DNA of 64,000 bases from Longimicrobiales bacterium (GTDB taxonomy: Bacteria > Gemmatimonadota > Gemmatimonadetes > Longimicrobiales > RSA9). The DNA lies in NCBI GenBank assembly GCA_036377735.1, contig DASUXU010000104.1, positions 10,904 to 74,903 of the forward strand. The letters are read 5' to 3'. The notes under the pieces are model-generated. The model did not search any database and was not told where the DNA came from. It saw nothing but the letters and a program-made list of their open reading frames with translations. Both the position numbers and the translations under genes were made by a program. Below are positions 1 through 10,010 of this stretch, in pieces. Each line of letters begins with the position of its first letter. Position 1 is the stretch's first letter.

Positions 1-1252
1 ACACGGTCGCAATCTGGAGCATCATCAGGAGCTGCCCGATCGCATGTGCATCCACGCGCGGTACCTCGATCCTCATATTCATGCGGCCATTGCGGGAGAG
101 CGCGGCCGCCGTCGCATGAAGCTCAGCCGTGAGAAGGCTGCCGAGCGTGGCACCACCGAGATAGGCAATGTCCTCGATGTCCTCATGGAGGCGTGGCACA
201 GCGACATCCGAGTCGAGCTGTTTCACGGCGAGGAACGTGATGGTCTTGTCGAACGGTCCCTCCATGTAGAGCTGAACCTGTGAGTGCTGGTCCGTGGCGC
301 CCAGTGCAGAGACCGGGGTAGGCCCGCGGAAGACATCGCGGCCCGCGCGATCCTTCCGCTTGCCCAGGCTTTCAGCCCAGAGCTGGCAGTACCAGTCGGA
401 GAGTCCGGCGAGCTGGTCGGAGTACGGCATCATCACGTGCATCGGAGCGCCCTTCTCCGTCTGCGCGAGATACTGCAGCACGGCAAACAACGCGGCCGGG
501 TTGGCGCGCAGATCGGAGGTGCCGCAGCGCTCGATCATGTCTGCGGCGCCGGCGAGCAGCGCGGCGACGTCGATGCCGACGAGTGCGGCGGGCAGCAGTC
601 CGACCGCGGACAGCACACTGAACCGGCCGCCGACCGCGGGGGGAACGGGCAGCGTGGATATCTGTTCCGCCGCCGCGATCCTGCGCAGCACACCTTTTTC
701 AGGATCCGTGGTAAAGATCAGGTGTCCGCGCACGCCCTCCTCATCCAGCTCACGCTGCAGCCGGTCGCGCACCACGAGATACTGCGCCATGGTCTCCGCC
801 GTAGCGCCGGACTTGCTGATTACGTTGAACAGCGTGCGGCGCAGGTCGAGCCGGTCGAGCAGCGCACCGACGGTGACGGGATCGACGTTGTCCAGCACAT
901 AGAGCTTCGGAAAATACTCGCGCGCCTCGTCATCCAGCTCATTCCAGCGCGGCGGGCGCAGTGCCTGAAGCAGGGCGGACATGCCGAGGGCGGAACCGCC
1001 AATGCCGAGAACGACGACCGTGTCGAACGCCTGGCCTACGCCGTCGGCGAAGCTGCGGATCTGCTCCACGACGTCGTGTTCATACGGCAGCTGCAGGAAG
1101 CCGAGCTCGCCGCTGTCCCGCCGCTGCTGCGTATCCGCGTGGACAGCGCTGAACCGTGTGGCCGCTGTGTCAATCGAGGCTGAAGAAATGCCGTGCTCAC
1201 CGATGCGCTCGGCGAGCATATTGTTGTAGTCGAGTACAATTCGCTCAGTCAT
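1..1252 (-). CDS. pgi: glucose-6-phosphate isomerase; C-terminal end runs off the window start
   Basis: Own minus-strand translation from ATG 1252..1250: MTERIVLDYNNMLAERIG...VVLGIGGSALG...NVISKSGATAET...GGRFSVLSAVGLLP...TDQHSQVQLYMEGP (SIS-type PGI signatures). The frame is open to position 1, so it is absent from the ORF track. ATGA start/stop overlap with the upstream gene. Confidence 0.85.
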   Translation of the reverse strand, partial: MTERIVLDYNNMLAERIGEHGISSASIDTAATRFSAVHADTQQRRDSGELGFLQLPYEHDVVEQIRSFADGVGQAFDTVVVLGIGGSALGMSALLQALRPPRWNELDDEAREYFPKLYVLDNVDPVTVGALLDRLDLRRTLFNVISKSGATAETMAQYLVVRDRLQRELDEEGVRGHLIFTTDPEKGVLRRIAAAEQISTLPVPPAVGGRFSVLSAVGLLPAALVGIDVAALLAGAADMIERCGTSDLRANPAALFAVLQYLAQTEKGAPMHVMMPYSDQLAGLSDWYCQLWAESLGKRKDRAGRDVFRGPTPVSALGATDQHSQVQLYMEGPFDKTITFLAVKQLDSDVAVPRLHEDIEDIAYLGGATLGSLLTAELHATAAALSRNGRMNMRIEVPRVDAHAIGQLLMMLQIATV

Positions 1253-2031
1253 GGCTCGATCTCGATCGTTAGACCGTCATACGCCGGAGCGACGCCGGCC
1301 GGCAGGCGTGCGGCCATCTCCGCGTGACGCATGCGGTGTGTCAGATGCGTAAGGTACGTGTATTCAGCACCGACCTGCTCCGCGGCTGCCAGCGCCTCTT
1401 CGACATTGAAGTGGGTCGGGTGCGGACTGCCGAACCACAGGGCATTCAGCACGAGCACGCGCACACCGCGCAGTTTCGCGATCACGTCATCGGGCAGAAA
1501 CTTGGCGTCCGTTATATACCCCAGGCCTCCTACACGCAGTCCGAACGTGGGTGTATCGCCGTGCGGTACCGGGAGCGGCTGCACCGTGAATCCCGCTGCG
1601 CGGACAGGTTCATTTCCATCATAGGGAAAGAAACGGAGCTCGGGCCGTGTGGTACCTGCGTGCGGCCTCACCTCCGGGTCGAAGATGTAGCTGAACCGGC
1701 GTTCCATGCGCTCTACCATGTCGACGCCGGCATGCAGCGGGACGGGCCCGTTGCGAGCAGAGAAGACACGCAGGTCGTCGATACCATGCGTGTGATCAGC
1801 ATGCTCGTGCGTATACCACACGGCATCGATGCGATCCGTCTCGGCATCGAGCAGCTGCTGTCGCAGATCGGGGGGCGTGTCGATCAGCAGGCGCCTGTCG
1901 TCATCCCCGGTGAGCAGTGCGGCATGCCGTGTCCGCCTGTCCCGCGCATCAGGCGACGTGCAGACATCACAACGGCAGCCGACGACGGGCACACCAAATG
2001 AGGTTCCCGTCCCGAGGAATCGAAGCTTCAC
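1249..2031 (-). CDS. MBL-fold metallo-hydrolase (PhnP/GPMM-like)
   Basis: 260-aa ORF with N-terminal LGTGTSFGVP and the HxHxDH zinc motif (YTHEHADHTHG). 4-nt overlaps with both neighbours. Confidence 0.8.
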   Translation of the reverse strand: MKLRFLGTGTSFGVPVVGCRCDVCTSPDARDRRTRHAALLTGDDDRRLLIDTPPDLRQQLLDAETDRIDAVWYTHEHADHTHGIDDLRVFSARNGPVPLHAGVDMVERMERRFSYIFDPEVRPHAGTTRPELRFFPYDGNEPVRAAGFTVQPLPVPHGDTPTFGLRVGGLGYITDAKFLPDDVIAKLRGVRVLVLNALWFGSPHPTHFNVEEALAAAEQVGAEYTYLTHLTHRMRHAEMAARLPAGVAPAYDGLTIEIEP

Positions 2032-3440
2032 AGCTCTTCGACGCGCAGCATATTGGTCGTGCCCGCGACGTGGAATGGGATCCCGGCCGTCACGATGAAG
2101 CGCTGACCCTCCTGCGCGAGGCGCTCCGAGCGCATGTAGGTCTTTGCGCAGCTCACCATGGTCTCATAGTTCGGCTCGTCGCCGCACACGACCGCACGCA
2201 CACCCCAGACGAGCGCGAGCTGACGGCGGGTGCGCTCGGAGTCACAGACCGCAATGATCGGAACGGGCGGCCGGTAGCTCGACACGAGCCGCGCGGTGCC
2301 GCCGGTGCGCGTGATCGTGACGAGCACGGGTGCGCCCAGGAGCCGCACCGCCTCTACGGTTGCGGAGGCAATGGCGTGTTCCGTCGGCGTGGCGCCGACG
2401 CGCAGCCTGTCGCGCATCGGCATGTCGTACTTCGGACCTTCGTCGAACGCCGGGCTGCGCTCGATCTCGGACGCGATACGCACCATCGCTTCGACCGCGA
2501 GGAAGGGGTACTTGCCTGCCGCGGTCTCGCCCGAGAGCATTACGGCGTCGGTGCCGTCGAACAGTGCGTTTGCGACATCGCTCGCTTCGGCGCGCGTCGG
2601 GCGGGGGTGCTCGATCATCGACTCGAGCATCTGTGTGGCCGTAATGACGGGACGCCCGTGAAGGTTTGCCAGCTGGATAATGCGCTTCTGCGCGAGCGGC
2701 ACCTGCTCGAACGGCAGCTCGACGCCGAGATCGCCGCGCGCAACCATCACGGCGTCGGTCGCCACCAGGATGGATTCGAGCTGGTCCAGTGCGGTGTCCT
2801 TTTCGATCTTGGCGATGATCTGCATCCCCTGCGGCAGCCGCGAGCGCAGATCCACGACATCCTCCGCGCGCTGGACGAAGGAAAGACCGACATAGTCCAC
2901 GTCTTCCGCAATGGCGAACTCCAGGTCGTGCAGGTCCTTCTCCGTAAGAGATGGAGCGCTCACATGGACGCCAGGAAGGTTCATCCCCTTGTGCTCCTTG
3001 AGCAGACCGCCGCGCACGACAGTGCAATGCACGCGCTCGTTCACCACCTTCGTAACGCGCAGCTCCATGAGGCCGTCATCGAGCAGGATGCGGTTTCCCT
3101 TCCGCACGTCGCGCGCAAGGTCGGGATACGTGGTGGGCAGCTCCTCTCCCTGCGCGACATTCTCCGGTGCGAGAATGACCCCATGCTTCTCGCTGAGCTG
3201 AACCGGGGAGTCGAGCGAGCCGATGCGGATCTTGGGACCTGCGAGATCTGCGAGCACGGCGATCGGGCGGCCGATCATGTCCGCGGCCTCGCGCGTCCAG
3301 CGGATGACGTCGCGATGCGCTTCGTGCGTCCCGTGGGCCATGTTGATTCGAACGACATCGACGCCGAGCTCGGCCAGTGCATGGATCCTGTCCATGGTGC
3401 CCGTAGCGGGGCCGATTGTAGCAACGATCTTTGTGCGCAA
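2028..3440 (-). CDS. pyk: pyruvate kinase
   Basis: RTKIVATIGPA, INMAHGTHEAH, MVARGDLGVE and the overall length fit pyruvate kinase. The track ORF start at 3767 overlaps the upstream gene. TTG at 3440 (residue 110 of the track ORF), preceded by GAGGA, gives the canonical M-RTKIVATIGP N-terminus. Confidence 0.9.
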   Translation of the reverse strand: MRTKIVATIGPATGTMDRIHALAELGVDVVRINMAHGTHEAHRDVIRWTREAADMIGRPIAVLADLAGPKIRIGSLDSPVQLSEKHGVILAPENVAQGEELPTTYPDLARDVRKGNRILLDDGLMELRVTKVVNERVHCTVVRGGLLKEHKGMNLPGVHVSAPSLTEKDLHDLEFAIAEDVDYVGLSFVQRAEDVVDLRSRLPQGMQIIAKIEKDTALDQLESILVATDAVMVARGDLGVELPFEQVPLAQKRIIQLANLHGRPVITATQMLESMIEHPRPTRAEASDVANALFDGTDAVMLSGETAAGKYPFLAVEAMVRIASEIERSPAFDEGPKYDMPMRDRLRVGATPTEHAIASATVEAVRLLGAPVLVTITRTGGTARLVSSYRPPVPIIAVCDSERTRRQLALVWGVRAVVCGDEPNYETMVSCAKTYMRSERLAQEGQRFIVTAGIPFHVAGTTNMLRVEEL

Positions 3441-3459
3441 CGTATCCTCTATGATCAGA

Positions 3460-5046
3460 TCAGGAATGTACGAGGGCTCCGCCGACGACAGTGGCGGCAC
3501 AGCGAATGTCCGGCAGTCGTTCCGGCTCCACTTCCAGCGGGTCCTCCGTCCAGGCGGTAATGTCTGCCCACGCGCCGGGCTGGATCGTACCCTGCAGACG
3601 CTCCGTTCCAGCGGCAATCGCCGGGCCGCGCGTGAAAGCGCGCAGTGCTTCCGCAGCGCCAATGCATTCGGAGGCGTACCACCCCCCATCCGGCCGGTGC
3701 CTGTCGTCGCGCCGGGCGACAGCGGCAAAGAGGCCCCGCCGCGGATCGATGGGCTCGACCGGCGCATCGGACCCGAATGCGAGAGTCGCGCCGCCGTCGA
3801 GGAGGGATCGAAAAGCGTAGGTGTGCCGCGCGCGCGCTCCCCAGTGCCGGTCAGCCGCCCCCCAGTCGCTCATCAGGTGGCACGGCTGCACCGAAGCGAC
3901 AATGCGCGCGGCAGCGAACTTCGCGAACAGCTCGGGCGGGCAGCACTGCACGTGCTCGATACGGTGCGGCATTGCGGGAACTCGCCGGTCTTCCGGGCAC
4001 AGCTCCTGGAAAGCGAGCTCCACGGCGGCGTCACCGATTGCATGGACGGTACAGGCGATACCGGCTGACGCCGCGCGCATCACCACATCGCGGAGCGTTC
4101 TGCGGTCCATCACGCTCACGCCGGTCGATGACGAGTTTTCGTAAGGTGTGCGCATCCACGCAGTGCGCGAGCCCAGCGCTCCGTCGAGGAACATCTTGAC
4201 GGCACCGATGCGGATCCATTCGCTGCCAAACCCGCTGCGAACGCCGGCGGCGATCATCGTTTCCAGGCTGTCGAGCGCGATGTGCTGAAGGACGCGCAGC
4301 CCCAGCTCGCCACGTTCGTGCAGCTGCTGCAGAACGGACAGCGTGTCCGGACCGCTGATGTGGATCGGCGGAAACGAGTGCACGCCGGTGAAGCCGAGCC
4401 GATGCAGCTCGGTCTGTCCCGCGGTGATGGCGGCCATGGCTTCGGCCACTGTGGGCGGCGGAATCCGGTCCGAAACGAGCTGTGCCGCATTCTCGAGTAG
4501 AAGGCCTGTAGGGTCGCCGCGATCATCCCGCACGATCGATCCGCCCGCGGGATCCGGCGTATCCGGCGTGATCCCGGCGGCAGCCAGCGCAGCCGAGTTG
4601 ACCCACAGGCTGTGCATATCATGGCTCTGCAGAGCAACGGGCCGGTCGGGGAAGGCCTGATCCAGAAGCCCTCGATGCGGCTCCTGTCCGCCCCACTCGT
4701 GCCCGCTCCAGCCCCGGCCCCGGATCCAGCCGCGCTCCGGGTGGCTGAACGCTTCTGCTATACGGACAGCCTGCCCGGGCGTGGATGTGCCAGCGAGGTC
4801 CACCTGGTGCCGGCTGAGTGACCACTCGGTCAGGTGGACGTGGGCGTCCACCAGCCCCGGCATCAGCGTGGTGCCCGCGAGGTCGAGATGTGCCGCGGAT
4901 GGCGCCTGGCGTCGGAGGTCAGCGGCATCTCCGACAGCGGCAATTCTGCCGTCGCATACGAGAACCGCGTTCGCGGACGCACCCGTACCGGTGAGGATGC
5001 GGCGCGCAGTCAGGAGGGTGGTTTGCGTGACGGACACCTTGCGCAC
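3460..5046 (-). CDS. amidohydrolase family protein (Amidohydro_3 / YtcJ-like)
   Basis: 528 aa with the LMPGLVDAHVHL metal-binding motif, HAIGDAAV and FGSDAPVEP. Confidence 0.8.
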   Translation of the reverse strand: MRKVSVTQTTLLTARRILTGTGASANAVLVCDGRIAAVGDAADLRRQAPSAAHLDLAGTTLMPGLVDAHVHLTEWSLSRHQVDLAGTSTPGQAVRIAEAFSHPERGWIRGRGWSGHEWGGQEPHRGLLDQAFPDRPVALQSHDMHSLWVNSAALAAAGITPDTPDPAGGSIVRDDRGDPTGLLLENAAQLVSDRIPPPTVAEAMAAITAGQTELHRLGFTGVHSFPPIHISGPDTLSVLQQLHERGELGLRVLQHIALDSLETMIAAGVRSGFGSEWIRIGAVKMFLDGALGSRTAWMRTPYENSSSTGVSVMDRRTLRDVVMRAASAGIACTVHAIGDAAVELAFQELCPEDRRVPAMPHRIEHVQCCPPELFAKFAAARIVASVQPCHLMSDWGAADRHWGARARHTYAFRSLLDGGATLAFGSDAPVEPIDPRRGLFAAVARRDDRHRPDGGWYASECIGAAEALRAFTRGPAIAAGTERLQGTIQPGAWADITAWTEDPLEVEPERLPDIRCAATVVGGALVHS

Positions 5047-5169
5047 GTTCTACGTTTACAGCCCGGGGAGAATCCCGATTCTGTCTGGCATGACACTAGG
5101 GTAAGGCGGCGGGGCACGCAAACGGATGCGGCCCGTGCGGCAGAGCTCTTGCAACGGGCCGGCGAGGCG

Positions 5170-6297
5170 ATGCACTACATTCGAACCGAAGCAGAACTGA
5201 TGGACGCAGCCGCGACACTGCGCGGCAGCGATCTGATAGCGCTGGATACCGAAGCGGCGGGATATCACCGGTATCACGACCGGATGTGCCTGCTCCAGCT
5301 GTCGACGCGCATAGACACGTTCCTCGTCGACACACTCGCGCTTCCGGACATCCGACTGCTGGAGCCGCTCCTGGCGGATGAGGGACGTGAGGTCGTGCTG
5401 CACGACGCGGAATACGATCTTCGCCTCCTGCGTCGCGATCACGCCGTCCGGATCGACAATCTCTTCGATACCAAGATCGCGGCGCAGCTCCTGGGTGAGC
5501 CCGCGATCGGACTTGCCGCACTGGTCGAGAAGTACCTCGGCTTCAAGATGGACAAGAAGCACCAGCGCGCGGACTGGGCGCAGCGTCCACTGCCGCACGA
5601 AATGCTCGAGTATGCGGCGGAGGACACGAAGCATCTGCCCCGGCTGCGTGACCGTCTGCGGGAAGCGCTCGAGTCGAAGGGGCGCTGGAGCTGGGCGCAG
5701 GAGGAATTCAACCTGCGCGAGACGGCGGACTGGATGCCGCCGCCCCCGGAGCCGGATGCGTTCCTGCGCATCAAGAACACGCGCGACCTCCAGCCACGCC
5801 AGCTCGCGGCTCTGCGGGAACTGCACGCGTGGCGGGAGAGCGTGGCGAGCAAGCGCGATGTCGCACCGTTCCGCGTGGTATCGAACGACATCCTCGTTGC
5901 GATCGCGCGCGCGCTGCCGCAGGACGAAGCTTCAATCGCGCGCACACCGGGCGTACCCGGATCGATCGCGGAGCGTCACGGCCGGGATTTCATGCAGGCG
6001 TTGAAGGCGGCGGCGGCAGTGGCGCCACAGGATCTGCCGCAGCGTCCGCGCGGACCCGGCCGCCCCGCGCCCGACCCCGAGCTCGACAAGCTCGTCGAAC
6101 GACTCAAGACGGCGCGCGATGCGGCGGCGACGGAGCTCGAGCTGGACCGCGGCTTCCTGATGCCGCGTCAGCAGCTCGAGGATGTTGCGAGGAGTGGCGC
6201 CCGGACGCTGGATCAGCTCGGAGAGGTGAGGGACATGCGGCGGTGGCAGGTGGAGGCGATGGGGAACCGGCTTCTCGCGGTACTCACTGCGGCCTGA
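5170..6297 (+). CDS. rnd: ribonuclease D
   Basis: DEDD exonuclease motifs (IALDTEAAG, LHDAEYDL, YAAEDT) plus an HRDC-like C-terminal region. Start set to ATG 5170 (residue 113 of the track ORF); the upstream part overlaps the divergent gene. Confidence 0.85.
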   Translation: MHYIRTEAELMDAAATLRGSDLIALDTEAAGYHRYHDRMCLLQLSTRIDTFLVDTLALPDIRLLEPLLADEGREVVLHDAEYDLRLLRRDHAVRIDNLFDTKIAAQLLGEPAIGLAALVEKYLGFKMDKKHQRADWAQRPLPHEMLEYAAEDTKHLPRLRDRLREALESKGRWSWAQEEFNLRETADWMPPPPEPDAFLRIKNTRDLQPRQLAALRELHAWRESVASKRDVAPFRVVSNDILVAIARALPQDEASIARTPGVPGSIAERHGRDFMQALKAAAAVAPQDLPQRPRGPGRPAPDPELDKLVERLKTARDAAATELELDRGFLMPRQQLEDVARSGARTLDQLGEVRDMRRWQVEAMGNRLLAVLTAA

Positions 6298-6780
6298 TCA
6301 GCCGTTCCACGGGTCGAAACCGAACATGAAATAATCGCCCGGCCGGCCATCGATGGATTCGGCGATCCCGGCCAGGGATGCGAGAGTCTCCTCGGACTCG
6401 CCCGCACCCGCCGCGGCCTGGCGGATGGCGAGCAGCAGCGGCTTGAGCTCGCGGGGACGAAGCAGCACATATGCACGCGGAGCCTCGTCCTCGCTTCGTG
6501 GGGGCAGGATCACGAGGTCGACGAGGTCCGTCTCCTGCGATATCTTCCACACGTCCGCGGTCTTCTTGAGCAACTTGTCCGCGGTCTTTACATCGGCGTG
6601 CAGGGTGCGCACCATTTTCTGCGCCTCGCGGTCCCCCGACTGGCCGCGCTGGCGCGACAGGCGCCGACCCAGCACATCGGCGGCGTCGACCTCGCGCTTC
6701 TCTACGGCCTGCGCGAGCAGTTCGCCGACGTGAGCGTACATACCGAGTACGACAGGCACCGGATCGAGTGCGATCCGCAT
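6298..6780 (-). CDS. hypothetical protein (about 160 aa)
   Basis: GC3-rich ORF. Start set to ATG 6780 (MRIALDPVP...), preceded by GGAGG-TCTT. Starts at 6798 or 6855 are possible. No family recognised. Confidence 0.55.
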   Translation of the reverse strand: MRIALDPVPVVLGMYAHVGELLAQAVEKREVDAADVLGRRLSRQRGQSGDREAQKMVRTLHADVKTADKLLKKTADVWKISQETDLVDLVILPPRSEDEAPRAYVLLRPRELKPLLLAIRQAAAGAGESEETLASLAGIAESIDGRPGDYFMFGFDPWNG

Positions 6781-6867
6781 AAGACCTCCGTCAGACATGC
6801 TCGAGGGCGCAGGTGGCTGCGGCCCCAACTTGAAGAGAACGGGCTGGCCCGTCAAACAGGAGGCAGG

Positions 6868-7242
6868 ATGTCAGTGATCAGCCGGATTCGCCGCGAACGC
6901 TTCGTGCGGCTTGCCATTGCCGGGTCTGCGGCAGCGCTCCTCGGCGCGTGCAGGGACTCGGGTCTGCCGGGCAAGAACATGCCGCAGACGGAGGCGCGCA
7001 CCATGGAGTACCGCTACGCCGTATATCAGGCTCTGCCAGAATCCGAAGCAGTCTACCAGGTGGACGGCAGGCGGTGGCAGGTCACGGGCGGAGTTGAGAG
7101 CATGCCGGAAAGCATGCTCCAGCAGGTCGGAGCGGCCGGCGGCGTGACACTCCACGCGCTCTCGTGGGACAAGGCTCCGTATGATCGCCTCTACACCGCC
7201 CGTCCGGACGGCAAGCTCGCAGTCGTCGTTCCGCTCGACTGA
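6868..7242 (+). CDS. small lipoprotein, unknown function
   Basis: ATG 6868 is preceded by ACAGGAGG. Signal peptide with lipobox (AAALLGAC). Confidence 0.65.
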   Translation: MSVISRIRRERFVRLAIAGSAAALLGACRDSGLPGKNMPQTEARTMEYRYAVYQALPESEAVYQVDGRRWQVTGGVESMPESMLQQVGAAGGVTLHALSWDKAPYDRLYTARPDGKLAVVVPLD

Positions 7243-7265
7243 GAACAAAACGTCCCTGGAATCAG

Positions 7266-7303
7266 GAAGGGGAGTGACCGCTTCGTTGCGGCCACTCCCC
7301 TTC
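7266..7303. terminator. bidirectional hairpin terminator between convergent genes
   Basis: About 16-bp GC-rich stem with one mismatch (GAAGGGGAGTG.CCGC / GCGG.CACTCCCCTTC) and loop TTCGTT. It lies between the lipoprotein gene (+) and nrdJ (-). Confidence 0.6.
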
Positions 7304-7332
7304 TCCGTTACAGGCCGACCATCCTCAGCCGG

Positions 7333-9879
7333 TCAACCGCACTCGCTGTAACCGCACGCGAGGCACTTCACGCAGCCTTCCATGAACTGCAGGTCGGATG
7401 CGCACTCCGGGCACGTCCCGATGAATGACTCCGCGGGATTGTAGTCGAAGTCGATCTGGTTCGCGGCTTCCATCTGTGTGCTGGTCATGGCCGGTGCCGG
7501 CAGCGGCATCGGCAGCAGCTCCTGCTGTACGCCCTCCTTCTCCCGCTCGTGCTGCGAGAGCGCCTGCGCGATCGCGTCCGGCACGGACAGCACCTTGTTC
7601 GGACCGATGCCCACTGCGCGGTCGCAGGAGATGCCGCGGAGCTGCTGATAGATGTCCGTCATCGTGATGCCGCTGCGCAGGCCGAGCGAGATCAGACGGC
7701 CGATGGCCTCGACATCCGCCATTGCCGCGCCGCCCGCCTTGCCGAGCGTAGCGAACACCTCGAACGGCTTGCCCGTTTCATCCTCGTTGATCGTCACATA
7801 CAGGTCACCCAGCGGACTCGGCATCCGGCGGGTCGTGCCGCGCAGTGCGCTCGGACGGTTCCGCTTGTGGCGCCGCATCTGGTTGCGCTCCTCCGCGTCG
7901 CGCAGTGCATGACGCAGCTCCTCGATCGTGTGCTCGTAGCGGTGCAGCCGCTCGCGCGCGTCCGCCAGGCTGGCTTCAACATCCGAGGCTGCAGGCGACG
8001 GCGTGCTCGCATCCTTCACCGTCGTCTTGCCCGTCGAGAGCACCTGCATCGGGCGCGACGCATCACGATAGACCGTGACGCCCTTGCAGTTCAGGTCGTA
8101 CGCCATCAGGTAGATCTCGCGCACGTCCTGCTCCGTCGCCTCGCGCGGGAAGTTGCACGTCTTCGAGATCGCGGAGTCGACAAACTCCTGGAACGCGGCC
8201 TGGGTCCGGATGTGCCATTCCGGCGCAATGTCGTGCGCCGTAACGAACACGCGCTGCACTTCCTCCGGCACCTGCGCGAAGTGGATGTGGCCCTCTTCGG
8301 CGATCTTCTTCATCAGGTCCTCGGAGTACCAGCCCTGCGTCTTCGCGATCTTCACGAACTCGCCGTTCACGTCCGGCATCAGGACGCCCGCCTGGTTGCG
8401 CATGAATGCGACGGCGAACAGTGGCTCGATCCCGCCCGAGCAGTCCGCGAAGATCGAGATGGTACCGGTTGGAGCCACGGTGTTGACGTTGCAGTTGCGC
8501 AGTTTCCGCATCGGGCGGATCCGGTTGCCATCCGCATCGCGCGCGCAGGTCTCGTCCGGTCCCCAGATGCTCTCCTCCCATGCCGGGAACACACCACGCG
8601 TCTCGGCGAGGCGCTCCGACGCGCGCTTCGACTCCTCGTCGATGAAACGCATCAGCTCGCGGGCAACCTCGATGCCCTCTTCGCTGTTGTACGGCACGCC
8701 GACCTTCACCAGCAGGTCCGCATAGCCCATCACGCCCAGACCGATGCGGCGGATCCTGTGCGCGAGATCCTGGATCTGCTTCAGCGGGTAGTTGTTCGCG
8801 TCGATGACGTTGTCCAGGAAATGCGTCGACAGGTGGACCGCCTGGCGGAGCTCCTCCCAGTCGATGCGGTCCTGCCACTCGAGGCCCGGCACCGTCGCGG
8901 CATCCTGCGTGACATACAGGCCGACATTGATGCTGCCCAGGTTGCAGACGTCGTACGGCAGCAGCGGCTGCTCACCGCACGGGTTCGTCGCCTCATAGCT
9001 GCCGAGCTTCGGGACGGGATTGTAGTGGTTCGCGCGATCGATGAAGAAAACGCCCGGCTCACCGGTAGCCCACGCACCGTGCACGATCAGGTCGAACACT
9101 TCGAGCGCATCCTCCTGCCCGACCACCTCGCCGCTGCGCGGGCTGATCAGATCGTACTTCGTGCCCGCCTTCACCGCCTCCATGAATGCATCCGTTACCG
9201 CGACGGAGATGTTGAAGTTGGTGATCTGCGTTACGTCGAGCTTGGACGTGATGAACTCCCGGATGTCCGGGTGATCAACGCGCAGGATCCCCATGTTGGC
9301 GCCACGGCGGGTGCCGCCCTGCTTCACGACCTCCGTGGATGCATCATAGAGCTTCATGAAGGACACGGGTCCGCTCGCGACGCCCATGGTCGACTTGACC
9401 ACGTCGTTCGTGGGACGCAGGCGGCTGAAGCCGAAGCCCGTGCCACCGCCGGACTGGTGGACCAGCGCCATCGAGCGCAGCGTGTCATAGATACCGTTGT
9501 TGCCGTTCGACAGCGCGTCCTCGACCGGCAGGACGAAGCACGCCGACAGCTGGCCGAGCGGCCGGCCGGCGTTCATCAGCGTCGGCGAGTTCGGCTCGAA
9601 CAGCCGCTGCGTCATCAGCCGGTAGAACTCGCGCGCAACCGTCTCCACACCACCCTCACTCGCCCCGTACTTCGCATCCTCTGCTGCAATCGTGCGCGCG
9701 ACCCGCCAGAACATCTGCTCCGGCTCTTCGACCGGCCGCCCCTTCTCGTCCTTCTTCAAATAGCGGCGGGCCAGTACGATGCGCGCGTTCTCCGACAGGT
9801 CGGCCGGCGGCAGGTCCCCTGGGAGGACGTCGGCGGGGCTGGGTGTGGCGTGGGATTCCAGGCTCATAATTCTCCTCAT
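7333..9879 (-). CDS. nrdJ: class II (adenosylcobalamin-dependent) ribonucleotide reductase
   Basis: 848 aa with FEPNSPTLMNAG, NPCGEQPL, TVAPTGTIS and a Cys-rich C-terminal tail (CPECASDLQFMEGCVKCLACGYSECG) known from many class II RNRs. Alternative start at ATG 9867 after AGGAGA. Confidence 0.92.
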   Translation of the reverse strand: MRRIMSLESHATPSPADVLPGDLPPADLSENARIVLARRYLKKDEKGRPVEEPEQMFWRVARTIAAEDAKYGASEGGVETVAREFYRLMTQRLFEPNSPTLMNAGRPLGQLSACFVLPVEDALSNGNNGIYDTLRSMALVHQSGGGTGFGFSRLRPTNDVVKSTMGVASGPVSFMKLYDASTEVVKQGGTRRGANMGILRVDHPDIREFITSKLDVTQITNFNISVAVTDAFMEAVKAGTKYDLISPRSGEVVGQEDALEVFDLIVHGAWATGEPGVFFIDRANHYNPVPKLGSYEATNPCGEQPLLPYDVCNLGSINVGLYVTQDAATVPGLEWQDRIDWEELRQAVHLSTHFLDNVIDANNYPLKQIQDLAHRIRRIGLGVMGYADLLVKVGVPYNSEEGIEVARELMRFIDEESKRASERLAETRGVFPAWEESIWGPDETCARDADGNRIRPMRKLRNCNVNTVAPTGTISIFADCSGGIEPLFAVAFMRNQAGVLMPDVNGEFVKIAKTQGWYSEDLMKKIAEEGHIHFAQVPEEVQRVFVTAHDIAPEWHIRTQAAFQEFVDSAISKTCNFPREATEQDVREIYLMAYDLNCKGVTVYRDASRPMQVLSTGKTTVKDASTPSPAASDVEASLADARERLHRYEHTIEELRHALRDAEERNQMRRHKRNRPSALRGTTRRMPSPLGDLYVTINEDETGKPFEVFATLGKAGGAAMADVEAIGRLISLGLRSGITMTDIYQQLRGISCDRAVGIGPNKVLSVPDAIAQALSQHEREKEGVQQELLPMPLPAPAMTSTQMEAANQIDFDYNPAESFIGTCPECASDLQFMEGCVKCLACGYSECG

Positions 9880-9987
9880 ACGGCTGCTGTAGGGACTGAA
9901 TGGGGCAGACCAAAACTGGTCGGAATAGCGCGCTTGATTATTTCACGGTACGGAGCCTACAAGGAATCCGCCGCTTTGGTGCGGCCG

Positions 9988-10003
9988 ACCCAATATCTTG
10001 TGG
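9988..10003 (-). promoter_or_regulatory. NrdR box 1 (downstream of the -10, over the predicted TSS)
   Basis: The minus strand reads CCACAAGATATTGG, about 13/15 matches to the NrdR consensus acaCwAtATaTwGtgt. Confidence 0.6.
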
Positions 10004-10010
10004 GGCGTCC

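Noticed and set aside
284-1183. Long ORFs on the strand opposite to recognisable genes. Examples: 284..1183+, 1917..3560+, 7549..10014+, 20482..22182-, 23183..24436-, 30148..32316+, 54642..56162+, 56342..58234+.
   Set aside because: These are typical high-GC shadow ORFs. Their translations are Arg/Ala/Pro/Gly-rich low-complexity sequence. Each fully overlaps a gene with clear family motifs on the other strand.
3441-3767. 109-residue N-terminal extension of the pyruvate kinase ORF.
   Set aside because: It overlaps the 3' end of the upstream amidohydrolase gene and has junk-like composition. A TTG with an RBS gives the canonical pyruvate kinase N-terminus.
6293-6306. Shared 12-mer CTGATCAGCCGT at two convergent stop-stop junctions (6294 and 40096).
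   Set aside because: Dozens of 12-mer repeats are expected by chance in 64 kb. The match is explained by TGATCA supplying stop codons on both strands, plus similar C-terminal Gly codons.
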